Part shown: positions 27,200 to 37,800 of the stretch, piece after piece
Position numbering within the stretch: position 1 is the stretch's first letter
How the letters are laid out: every line of letters begins with the position of its first letter
Origin: Chrysomallon squamiferum
Lineage: Eukaryota > Animalia > Mollusca
Direction of reading: 5' to 3'
Assembly (NCBI GenBank): GCA_012295275.1
Contig: CM022673.1
Coordinates: 11,656,001 to 11,720,000, forward strand
DNA: 64,000 bases
The notes under the pieces: generated by a model
Databases searched by the model: none
What the model saw: the letters and a program-made list of their open reading frames with translations, nothing else
Told to the model about the DNA's origin: nothing
Made by a program: the position numbers and the translations under genes

Positions 27200-30100
27200 G
27201 CAACAACTACAATAATAATAATTTTATAATAAAACTTCAAAATTCTGGTTAAAAATATTTTATAAAATTTAATAAATTGATGCTGATAATTAATTTGTAA
27301 TTTACTTATTAATAAATAAAACCAAAACATTAATTCACATTTCTGCATTTTGAACACCTTGAAACAACCAAAGATGTTATAAAAAGTCTGAAACGAAGGT
27401 ACAAGAATTATTCATCTTTTTTTTTTTTCTTTTTTTTTGTGGTTATAGATTATTTTTTCATACCTGTTTTGGATGACTGTTTAGGAAAAAATTCCCTTAA
27501 ATTCAAACCATCACCATGGTGAAGTGACAACCACTGATTACAGATAAATGTCCAAGTTTTTTTAGTTTTTGTGTTCTGAACTTCCACTTCTTGTAAATAC
27601 CATGCGTCAGCCTTCTTACAGCCTGTTTGCTGAAAATGTCAATGAATAAATAAATAAAGTTAAAAATTAACAGAACTCAAATATTTTTTTTTTGTATAAA
27701 GACATTATGAGAGAGAAAATCTGCAAGAGTTATTCTTATTGGTTATATGCTTTGAATTAACAAATGAATAAATTAAAAAAATTACAGATCTCAAACATAG
27801 CTTTTTTATACATAAAGGTTTTGTTAGAATGAAAATCTGCTGCTATCATAAATGTTATTCTTATTGGTTATAAGTTTTGAATTAATAAATGAATAAATTT
27901 AAAGATTGCTGAACTCAAATGGTGAGTTTTTATATAAAGGTTTTATGGGAAAGGATATTTGCTGCTGCCATTGCAAGAGTTATTGTTGTTGGAAACAGTG
28001 CATGCCATTGTCTTCATAATCTTGTTTGTAAAGCAACAGTTGGAATATGAAAATGTCTTACATGTGCAACATGAAGTATATTTAAAAAAAAGAAAAAAAA
28101 GAAGAAAATTATATATGTTCATGTGCATGTGTGTGTGGGTGTGTATGTCTGCATGTGCATGTGTGTGTGCAGGTTTAGATAAGCATGATAATGTTTTTCT
28201 TACTTCAAATTCTCAAAACAACTAAACAAAAATTTAAAATTAGTATTATTAAACAAACTTTGAAACAATATCACAAAATAAACTGAACTGAATACCTCAA
28301 CAATAATTGACTTCACATTTCCTATATCCAATGCTCTGATTTTGAAAATATGTGTTGACCCTTTGGCAAATCTAAAAGCAACATCTTTGTTTGACTTCAC
28401 TGATCCAGCCTTTTTCATCAGTCTTGTTTTTGGTAATTTACCCTTCGTTCCTTTCATTCTGAAATATACCTATTTACAAACAAATTTAAAATTAATTTAT
28501 TATGTATAAAAAGTGGTGAAAATGTTTCAGTGGTAACTAGGAATATAATAAGTCTATTTAGTGTGTTCCATAAATAAACATGTGGTTTTTTAGACAGAAA
28601 ATTAATAATGACTTTAGCAAAGTCACATATAAAATGCAGAAGTTTGACAGTGCTAAATATAGTACAGTTACATTTTGTAAATCAAAAATATTTACAAAAT
28701 GTAACTGTATTATTTTTTTAATTTTATGTTGGATAATTTAAATTGATGTAGAATGTTTGTTTTAACTTTTAAATTTGTTAAAAATATTTTTATTATCCAT
28801 AGTTATGATAACAGAAAAGAAGAAGAAGAAAGAGAAAAAAATGATTCTGAGAAATAAGTAACTTAATTTTAATTAGTTAAAACTTGACTACAGATACAAC
28901 ATTTTTCATTTAGAACTGAATATTAAAAGACCTGAATAAATCTGGAATTTGATACATTCACTAAACTTGTGTATTATTTAATTCCTATCATTGCTTATTA
29001 ATATTTGATAGTCTTGAAACAAAACATTAACAGTGATTAAATAAAAAGAAAAGAAAATCCATTAATAATAATAATAATAAATTCTTTACTTTTATTTTAA
29101 AAATAAGACATTAATATTGATAAAACTGGCTCTGGAGAATTTAACATTTAGTTAAAATGCATTATTAAGGATAATAAGTTGTCTGCCTGGCAGACAAAGG
29201 GAGATTATTACAACAAGATTAATAAACAGTAACAATTAATTTTTTCCAGCAACCATTTACAACTTTGTTGTAAGCATTTAAAACCAATTTCACATGTAAA
29301 TACTTGTTCTGAACCTTTGCATCAGTGCCAGCATTCTTTTTATCGGCTGTTGTTATGGCAACTTTGTACACGACTTCATTATCTGAGCTTTTTAGTGACT
29401 TCTTTCTTCTCAGAGTCTGTCTGCTGTCTGCACTGTGACGTCTTGATATAGATAACTGTGAATAAATGAGTGAATTAACTGTGAATCAGATGAATAATTG
29501 AATGAATGTTTGTTTTTCAGTGTCTCTGTAACTGAAAACTTATAATTTGACCAAATCAATCCATATACTAACAAAAACTTCAAATAAAACACAAATAACA
29601 GTTTTCTAAGTGATTATACCCTTGTCTCTCTGTCAAGATTTGTGAACTTTCTACTGAAATAGTCTAGAAGATGTGGATCATTGAAAGAACTGTAGTCTGG
29701 TAAAGGAGCTGACTGTCGTCCAGTGTCAGCTACAGGATAACCCAGAGATGAGTTAACAAAACTCGGAGTTGTCCGCCCTGTTAAAATTAAAAATTAAAAA
29801 TTTGTTGGTATATTTAGAATGATAGAATGTTGATGATGACAATGATGATGAAAACAACAACAACAACAACAACAAAATTAATAATAATAACAGTTAAAAA
29901 AATATTTAACAAATTAATAATATTATTACATATATTGTAAATAAATAACAATAACAATGGTGATGGTAACTGAATAAAAAATAGTAATAATAATGAAAAT
30001 AAAGATAACTGCAGTAATAATAAAAATGATGATACTGACAATGACAGTGATAAAAGTAACAGCAACAAAGTCACTGTATCTACTTAAATAAAGTAACTAA

Positions 30101-30729
30101 AACATGACTAAATTACACGCAACATTCCCATTTCTACAAGGTTTTTTTTATTTTTGTACATGTCTATCTAGAAAATTTAATGCACATTCGAAGAGGACAT
30201 ATTATTACCGCAATTTATTGTCATCAAAGGTTAACCTTAATAATAAAACAATGTGTAGATTTAATTGTGTTTAGATCATTCTATTTTAATTAGTTTATAT
30301 AAAACAGATATGCTAACTTAATTTTAATTATAGAATTAAGCAACATTATTTCATCATAAAATAAAATAATAAAATAAAATAAAATAACAATTATTATTAT
30401 AAAAAAATAAATAAATAAATATTTTAATGTTTAAGTAAAAGTAAAAATATTGAACATACGAGCATAAGGAGCATGTCGACTTGTGTATGTCTCATTGACA
30501 TATCTGTTGTACAGTGTACTTGGATTTCTTGGCGGGTCATTCTGATTGTGGTAGGTATATGTTGTTCTAATTGGAGCTGTGAAAGAAAAAATATATTTTT
30601 AATGATAGTCTTTATCTTATAGCACATTTTAATATGATGAGATGAGAGAGAAAAACAAAGAAGACACAAGCAGATGTTGGGTAAGTGAGTTAGAGAATGA
30701 CTGATATGATTGAAAAATATGAAACATGA

Positions 30730-30820
<91 letters not shown>

Positions 30821-31283
30821 ACATTAACTTTGCCACTGACACTAATATATTTGCTAATGTTTGTGTTGAGCGAGTGCATGTGCCTATGTCTCTGTGAGTG
30901 AACTTGTTCATGCACATGTGTCTGAGCATGTGAAATTATGTGTATGTGTGTGTGTGTGTGTGTGTATACACATGTCCATGTGTGAGTTCATTTGTCCGTT
31001 TTTTTCAGATTCATTTATGTGCATGCCTATGTATGTAACGTATGTGTGGATGTGAATGCCTTTATGTCTGTACATGTGAATGACTGTATCTGTACATAAC
31101 ACTTATATTAAATGTGATTAACAAACCTGATGCTGGTCGACTCCCACTTGCATAAGGTGGATGAGGTCGGTAAGCCACACGGACTTGGCTGGACAGTGGA
31201 GCATTCGGCAACACCATGCATCTTTTGACAGCTTCAGAACTTGTGTTCGGCTGCTGCATGTAGGAACCACCAGTACAATGCAT
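1..31283 (-). CDS. LOXHD1: Lipoxygenase homology (PLAT) domain-containing protein 1-like; 5' part, 8 PLAT domains visible (8th incomplete), gene continues past the left edge
   Basis: GT-AG exons joining in frame (minus): 31127-31283, 30460-30576, 29620-29777, 29315-29455, 28296-28469, 27464-27629, 26622-26866, 26074-26209, 25267-25411, 24535-24637, 10098-10230, 7883-8266, 7276-7523, 6686-6818, 6268-6422, 3327-3484, 3015-3088, 2541-2734, 1708-1900, 1002-1165, 463-549, 1-29. Repeated PLAT signatures: YxVxVxTGD..AGTDANV, FERG..D.F, IRIGHD..G...GWFLD, FPC.RWLA.DEDDG...REL. The start ATG at 31283 is the least certain part. Confidence 0.93.
1905..2200. repeat. 43-bp minisatellite (about 4 good plus 2-3 degenerate units) abutting a LOXHD1 acceptor
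   Basis: Unit tgatagagttatttccctctacagctatttgaagagtttcaaa repeated. Confidence 0.9.
3886..4085. repeat. Compound (CA)n array with repeated cagaaactcata/cagatactcata spacers
   Basis: Directly visible. Confidence 0.85.
4640..4875 (+). mobile_element. Highly decayed Tc1/mariner-superfamily transposase 3' relic
   Basis: Frameshifted WI..GR..G.P.W-like start and terminal RLCMQKRGHFGEI, resembling the R.C....GGHFE C-terminus of Tc1/maT-type transposases. Confidence 0.3.
5987..6034. repeat. (GA)n microsatellite
   Basis: Directly visible. Confidence 0.95.
9185..9282. repeat. (CATA/TA)n microsatellite
   Basis: Directly visible. Confidence 0.9.
10464..10550. repeat. (CA)n/(CACATA)n microsatellite
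   Basis: Directly visible. Confidence 0.95.
11353..11425. repeat. (GA)n microsatellite
   Basis: Directly visible. Confidence 0.95.
11640..12025 (+). promoter_or_regulatory. Candidate promoter and first non-coding exon of the nested gene
   Basis: Complex-sequence island with CpGs, TTACGTCA next to CCAAT (about 11880-11895) and donor CAT|gtaagt at 12020. A matching acceptor ctttttgcag lies at 14790, ahead of the 15513 ATG. Inferred only. Confidence 0.3.
14265..14795 (+). repeat. Degenerate ~55-60-bp tandem array of acceptor-like units
   Basis: Recurring tatgttttctttcaa..cttt(t)gcag|ttaa units (AG near 14291, 14345, 14469, 14637, 14710); the last copy is ctttttgcag at 14790. Confidence 0.7.
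15513..18501 (+). CDS. Nested secreted coiled-coil glycoprotein with C-terminal TARSH/ABI3BP/FNDC1-type domain (792 aa, 2 coding exons)
   Basis: Exon 15513-17790 (donor CAAG|gtaaat, phase 1) joins exon 18401-18501 (acceptor tttacaag|GT, ending WYECGISIP-TGA). Hydrophobic N-terminal signal peptide. C-terminus ECFGKQYIKKTTYKHSSIVGVVLCTKTRYKIFLARNLDDKFLNIGDSNGLGEDHCEFI...GFLRD...WYECGISIP matches the ABI3BP/FNDC1 C-terminal domain as recalled ([56 protein letters not shown]...WYECGTTIP). Lies inside LOXHD1 intron 10231-24534. Confidence 0.9.
18606..19950. repeat. 61-bp tandem repeat x4 followed by decayed ~120-bp-period copies, in the nested gene's 3' region
   Basis: catagtgatgtcacactattatgctaactgttgataactttttatgttaactgtttcaagt starts at 18606, 18667, 18728 and 18789. 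Degenerate gtgat(g/a)tcac..ttttttaatga..ctac units recur near 19074, 19194, 19312 and 19435. Confidence 0.85.
22699..22768. repeat. Poly(A) run (~70 nt)
   Basis: Directly visible. Confidence 0.95.
22880..23010 (+). mobile_element. Decayed gastropod SINE-like fragment
   Basis: ttttcgctgcaaccagt...tatcaaa...catataaaatattcc..ctgctaat follows the layout of a gastropod SINE body as recalled; a related ctgcaacca motif lies near 25570. Not database-verified. Confidence 0.3.
25378..25540 (-). repeat. ~78-bp tandem duplication spanning a LOXHD1 acceptor and exon start
   Basis: attaccagtgtacacagtcaccttgtaattagtacctgcacaatttatttt is followed by attaccagtgtacacggtaccttgtaattagtacctgaacaatttatttt. Confidence 0.9.
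27640..27945. repeat. Degenerate ~125-bp tandem triplication beside a LOXHD1 acceptor
   Basis: aatgaataaat..aactcaaa..tataaag occurs 3 times; gttattcttattggttata occurs twice. Confidence 0.75.
28663..28709. repeat. Perfect 20-bp inverted repeat, 7-nt loop
   Basis: tacagttacattttgtaaat-caaaaat-atttacaaaatgtaactgta. Confidence 0.9.
30733..30819. repeat. (GA)n microsatellite
   Basis: Directly visible. Confidence 0.95.
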
Positions 31284-32124
31284 CTTTTGGCAGTTCTGCA
31301 GTAAGCATAAACATTCACAATAAATTTCAGACAGAGTTATATGAAGGTACTGATGTTTAGTTTGATTAAATTGTAGATTATACTAATTAACATTGTAAGA
31401 TCATTATAGAAATTATGCAGTAAACCTCCAGAGTTTGAATATATAAAGCCCCAGTTTTTGTAGCATGCATGCCTACAACAGAATCATATACAACGACAGA
31501 GACTGCATATGATTGCGAAATCGAAACGTATTCATGTTCAAGCACCGTATCACAACAAACCATGTCCTAACTTGAATGTAAAATGTTTCTTATTTGTTTA
31601 TCCTTCAAAATACATATGAAGTAACAATTTATGATAAAATAATCGACTTTAACTCAGTTTTAATTAACCGTATAAGGCATAAAAAATATTTACTATAAAA
31701 ATAAAAATAAAAATAAAAATTGAATCACGTTGTGTATAAAGCATGTAACGAAAGGAAACGTAATAATCATCGAGTAACATTTACTATTTATTAACTAATT
31801 GTCAAAATGTAATGTATACATAGACTTGATATAAAATTATAAATATTTTACAGTTTGAAGCATTTTTTAATAGTATTAAACAATAAAAGTAATTAGTATC
31901 TATTAATTCATTATTTACTTGTCTCGTTCAGTTCTGAATCGATACGGTGGTGGCCACTACCGTAGCGTCGTATTCAAAAATAGTTAATGCTTCCTTCAGA
32001 TTTCATAATGCAAACTCGTTATAAACATCCATTCACCATAACTTCTTGTTTTTAAATGCCGAATCTTGAGAACAGAAGTTAAAAATAAAACGAAATGAAC
32101 AGAGCCTAGTCAAAATTTATTATT

Positions 32125-32165
32125 GTTATGATTGTTGCCACCTAGATACGCATGCGCTTCCTCTT
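32125..32165 (-). promoter_or_regulatory. Putative LOXHD1 promoter with RFX X-box-like and NRF1-like motifs
   Basis: GTTGCCACCTAGATAC (32134-32149; X-box half-sites with a slightly long spacer) abuts CGCATGCGC (32149-32157) in a CpG-richer patch about 0.9 kb upstream of the first coding exon. Candidate minus-strand donor near 31917. Confidence 0.4.
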
Positions 32166-32818
32166 AAAAAGCGTAGCAGGTTGTTGGATATTAGTGTAAT
32201 AAAGGTGCTTTCATTTCTTCGATTCTATCGATTATAGACTATGTGATAGTAATAATTTAGAAAAACAACAACAAAGAACAGTGACATCTGTCTAATCTCT
32301 TCACCGGTTGTGTGTGTGAGATAAATATTAAAAGTGATAATTTGGATATTTCCCGTTCCACTTTCATATTATAATTTGGCAGTGTATTTCAAAATATTTT
32401 TCTTTCTCCTAATACAAAATCATGTTATCTACAGATGATATTAAAATCTGCCCTGGCATTATTAAACACAAAATTAGCATCCATTCATTTATAAAAGGTT
32501 TCTTTCTCTGTATACGTTTTTGTGATAATTATTTTGATTCTGTTTATTTCTATTTTATTCAGAATATGTGTGTATGTGTGGGTTGTTTTTTTTCCACGCA
32601 AAATCCCATAATTATTACAGTAACATATGAATTGCATTGAATTGTTTGCCTTAGGTGAAGTTTGTGTGCATGAGTATTTCAAGTATCTACATTCAGCATG
32701 CAAAATTCTTATACCTTCACAATTTATACTATGGTATCTGTTACAGGGCATTATGGTGCTACATACTGAGAATGCAACACAAATATTTTTTTAGATGACA
32801 CATGTAAATTTAGTTACT

Positions 32819-32985
32819 GTTGGGTGGGAACAAAGTCCTTAGTATTTTTTAAGTGGAATTCAAAGGTAATATTTAGATATTTGCACACAAATTTATTGAA
32901 CCATGTGCAGTTTTCTGCCACTACATTTTGCCATGTTTGTGTCAGCTTCACGACTCCACTATCATGGAACTTTTGATCCAAGCCA
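32819..32985 (-). mobile_element. Mariner transposon 3'-end relic (transposase C-terminus plus TIR)
   Basis: Minus-strand peptide LDQKFHDSGVVKLTQTWQNVVAENCTWF resembles the mariner C-terminus (KDxxFYxxGIxKLPxRWQKVVExNGxY). It is followed by TIR-like ttgggtgggaacaaagtcc..gtatttttt at about 32820-32850. Confidence 0.7.
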
Positions 32986-33703
32986 ATAATAATCATGATT
33001 TTATTTTTTTTGCTTAGTTAAATGTCAAAATACATATATTCATACATACATACATAGCTTTTTGACTGCACTACATACATAGTTACCTTGAAAAATCACA
33101 TAATTTATTTTTAAAAACTATTTTATGTTCAAAACACCTACATTAGCATGGTGTTGTCATAAATATATTTGTCATTCATTCTCAAAGTAACAAATAATAC
33201 GAAAAAGAAATAAATAACAAACAAAAACACTTTCAACATTGAATCATTTTTAATAATCAAAATCCATGCAGTTGTTGAAGAATTTTTGAGAATACTTTGT
33301 CTGGATCTGTTTATTGTCTTTTGTTGGTAAAACAGTAATAAATATATGTGTGAGAATTGCAGGGGTCAATCCAGGATTTCAGCAAGGGTGGTCATCAGCA
33401 TGATGAAAATAATTTTGAATAGAAAAGAAAAGACTGAAGAGAAGAAAAGAAAAGATTTGAACTGACGTGGGCCAAAATACTGAAAGCAGACATAATTCTC
33501 GTTTCACAATCAACAACACTGAATTAAATTAAGGTTATCGAACCACATGATTATTCATTTTTTAAAACTTCATTTCATATTTTTATTACTGAATATTACT
33601 ACTAACAACATAGCATAAATGTTTTTATTCAGTAGTCATTTCTTGTTATCTGTATTTTCATAGTTCGTTAAAACAAATGAAAGACAATATCATGATTACT
33701 AGA

Positions 33704-33741
<38 letters not shown>

Positions 33742-34894
33742 TACAATAACATATAACAGCATTCCATCTCATTAACTTAAGGAGTACTTCTCAAGTTAAT
33801 AATAAAAAATGTAGGAGAATACTCAAAACATTTACTTTTGAAACAGAATATATTAAATAACTAAAATACAGTTTATATGTGGCAGTGTTGTCGCAGGCTT
33901 TTGGTAGGTTAGTTGAAAATAAAACTTGCTAACAAAGAATTTATTAATAGTACACTTTTTTCATGAACTCAATAAATAAAATTTAAAAATACATTTTTCA
34001 AGCACACACACACACACACAAACAGAAAATAACAAAAGGTATTTTGTGTAAATCTTTAAGAAATGTTTCAGTATTGTTTTTTTTATTTTATTGAAATACT
34101 AAACTGTTCAAGCAGCAACAATTAATATATTTAAAAATGAATGTTAAAAAAAAAAAAAAAAAAAAAAAATTTAAATGATGGAAATTAATCCAAAGAATAA
34201 TAATAATCTAAAACTCTTCTGAAGGAATAAAATAAATTAAGAAATATTGTTAATTTCTAATGTCTCAGGATATATTTTGGTGTATTTAATTTATTTATTT
34301 TTAGCAATAAAGTAATAATGCAGAAACTATGTTAGTATGCTAAAACAGTGGAAGTTAATTTCTAATACTTGGGCAAAGATTGAGGATTTTATTTTTATGG
34401 AGATGGTTTCTTTTACAGTCACAACCTTTCCGAGTTTACATGTATACGCTATTAAGTATACTTTATCAATAATACATTTATACATGAATACATGTATGAA
34501 AACAAATAAATTACATTTTGTATAAACTGCAGGCACCAGTAACAAATTTGAAATTTTATCAGTAAGAAAGGGGATGTAACTCAGAATTTGATCCTGAATC
34601 CTTCAATCCATACCTCTTCTGTGTGCATGCGTGTGTTACATGCATAAATGTATGTAAATGTGTGTATGTATGTGCATATGTACATCTAACATGTACTGAG
34701 ATCAGAAATCAAAATGTAGAAGAAAATAACTTGGAACCGAGAACTCCATAGAGACGTAATATTCTTGCAGAGATCTTGAAAAAAAAAAAAAAAAAAAAAA
34801 ATAATAAAATAAAATAATTAAAAAATAATGAAAAGAAATAAAAAAGAAAAAAAGACAGAAATATAGTAAAAATAAATTAATATTAAAAAAATTG

Positions 34895-37800
34895 CTATGT
34901 ATCACTGGGACTCTTGTTAAGAGAATGCTGCTGAAGATTACTCCAGTTTAGTACTGAAAACTCCACAGGAAGACCATCACCATCATCCATAAAATTAACA
35001 TCTATTGGAAAGTCAGCCAAAAGATTTGACAAGCTGTGTTTGTTTTCACTGTCATTTTGGCTTTTTAAACCTTGATCAGGAGATATCTGAACTATGCCAT
35101 ACTCTGCAAACGAATTATTGCCATTTTTGTGTCCGTCAATGTTCAGCGGAGAACCAAGTAACTTAATTGTCCTAGTTCCGTCCTCCTGCAGATTGTCGAG
35201 AAAACTGCCATCAAAAAGACTGCCACATTTGAGTGGTGTCAACCCGCGGATTGGTGAAGGAAGCTGATCAGATGAAAAAGAAACATTTCGTAGTGGTGTC
35301 GAAGTGACACGTGGTTCTCCGGCTGTGTTGTCCGAATCAAACAGCAACCTCAGTGGAGTGGGAAGTCCACCAAAAAGTTTATTTTCTGACTCTGAGTCGG
35401 AACTGTCTGCCAGAAGTTCCTTCTCCTCCGACAGCTTAGGCAACTGTTTCTTGATTCGACTTCGAGTCTTCTTTCTCGGGTGAGTCATGTACATCTTTGG
35501 CTTGGGCAAGCCACTGCTGTTTGTCTTCTGTCTTTTACATTTCTGTTCACTGCCATCACTGTCACAGAGGGGAGGTAACTGATCATTCTGCTGTTCACAG
35601 CGGTTACCACTGGTGTGAGGCAGGGAGGTTTCAGCGACTTGTGCTTGATTTTCAGAGATTCTTTCAGCCTGCATCCATGCCTGGTTAATAACATTGCCAC
35701 ATGCCTGGTTTACACCTCTCTGTGGTTCAGAACAAGATGGCAGAGATGTCAACTGTATTTTACTGTAATTAGTCGTACTAGTCTCCACAGAATATTCCTT
35801 TGGCGTCATCGTTATCATCGTCATGTTTTGTGACTGCATGTACACAGAGTTGAGGTGCTGAGTTGCTGGGACGGATGTTCTGAGGGGTTGTGTAGATGAA
35901 AGGATGGAGTTTAATGATGAAGTCGTAGTTGTTGTTGTTGCCTGGCTCTGTATGTTTGTGTGAACAGATGTTGTTGCTATGGGTGCTGTGATGTTGGTGA
36001 AGATGTGTTGCTGCTGCTGCTGTTGTTGTTGTTGTGGTAGTGTGTTTGGCACATGAACAATAATGGGACTGTTCTGCATGGCCTGGAAAGGAACACTCTG
36101 TATAGGCACCAGTGCATAGGCTTGCATTGGAGAGGGTCGAGGAAGAATTGGCAATGGTCCTGTGATTAAAAAAAAAAAAACAAAATTAAATTAATGAAAA
36201 ACAACTCATGATCCAATAATTATATAATTTTATATATATATATATAGACACAGGCATACAAATACTGTTTTGGATGCATACACTATTTACTTTAGTAAAA
36301 ATGAAATTTCAGTAAAGAATGGTTGCTATGAGCAACATGTACACACCTGTTCTTCTCTTCTTTGAGGTGTTTGGGTCATGTTGAAAAGACTGCAAAGAAG
36401 CAGGTGGCTGCTGTGGAAATGGTGAGTTGACAAACAGAGGAATCATTCCAGGGATCTCGTTAGCTGTTAACGATTGAGGTATGTATTGATCTGAAATTAT
36501 GAACAATTTAATAATAAAGCAATCATTTTCTGACACATTAACATTTATATCTCAAGTTTAGTGTATTGCTTTATTTATTACTTATTTTAAGGTTAAAGTT
36601 ATTTTCTTTGGAGAGTTTAGGGGTTTCTTTTTTGGTTAACTTAAAAATATATAATTACACAATCAAAGTGAAACAATTATTAAAGGCCATCAACACTGGT
36701 TTATCTCATTTCAAAATACAGTTAAAGATTACAATAATAATATTAGTGATGTAAATATATTTGTGCCAACACAGGTATTTTAACTTATTATGGATACTGT
36801 AGAGTACCTGTAATTTTACTTGTCTCTGTTGTCTGTTCAGTTTCCATGTCATCGAACTGCAGGGTCCAGTGAGCACCATGTTTCTTCTTCTCTGCCTTGT
36901 CTCTCACAAAACATTGGTAGAAAGATAGATTGTGTCGAATAGAGTTCTGAAAATACAGATGCTGTTCTTAAAACTCATAAATAAGTTAACATGGGTGGAA
37001 AAACATAGAACAATGTGAAATTAAAGTAAATTTTCTAATAATAACTAATATTCATTTGAAATAAACTCTATTTCCTCTACATATGTTATTAACAAATGAA
37101 AAAGATATTAATCTTCCAGATGCTGCATCCTGATGATACAAAATGACAAATAGTAAAATATAAAAAAAAAAAAAAAAAAAAAAAAAAACACCCCAAAAAC
37201 TCCTCTCTGTAAACATAAATATATTGTTGTTAACCATCACTAACTGATTTACTGGTGTAGTAATCAAAAATTAAACTGTACTAGAAAAAACTGCTTCATA
37301 AATGCTCATAGAATTAACAGTAACCTGTCATCTAGTGAACAAATTTGAACAATATCAAGTTAAGCTAACAAACCTTCCAGCCAGGTTTTGCTGTGTATTT
37401 GTAATAAGGAAATGTTGACTCAACCCAGCAGCAGATTTCTTTCAGTGTCATTTTCTTGTCTTCTCGACTTCGAAGAGCCATCTGAATGAGTGACATGTAA
37501 GAGTAGGGAGGCCTCTGATATAAACTTGACTCATGGTCATTCTGAAGAGAAAATATATCTTTTATATTAACAGATTTTATTACTGATCATATGAGCTTAC
37601 AAAGGAAAGTCAAGCATAAGCATTCAAAACAATGAGCCAACTGGTTATGTATAATTATGTATAATCTGTTAATTGTAAATAAGGCAGAAATATATAAAGA
37701 AATATGGATGGAGTTTTCATTAACATAATAAACTGAATAATTCTGCGGTATGTTATTATCATGTTGTAATTTTAAAGTATCTATTGGCACTGATGAATAA

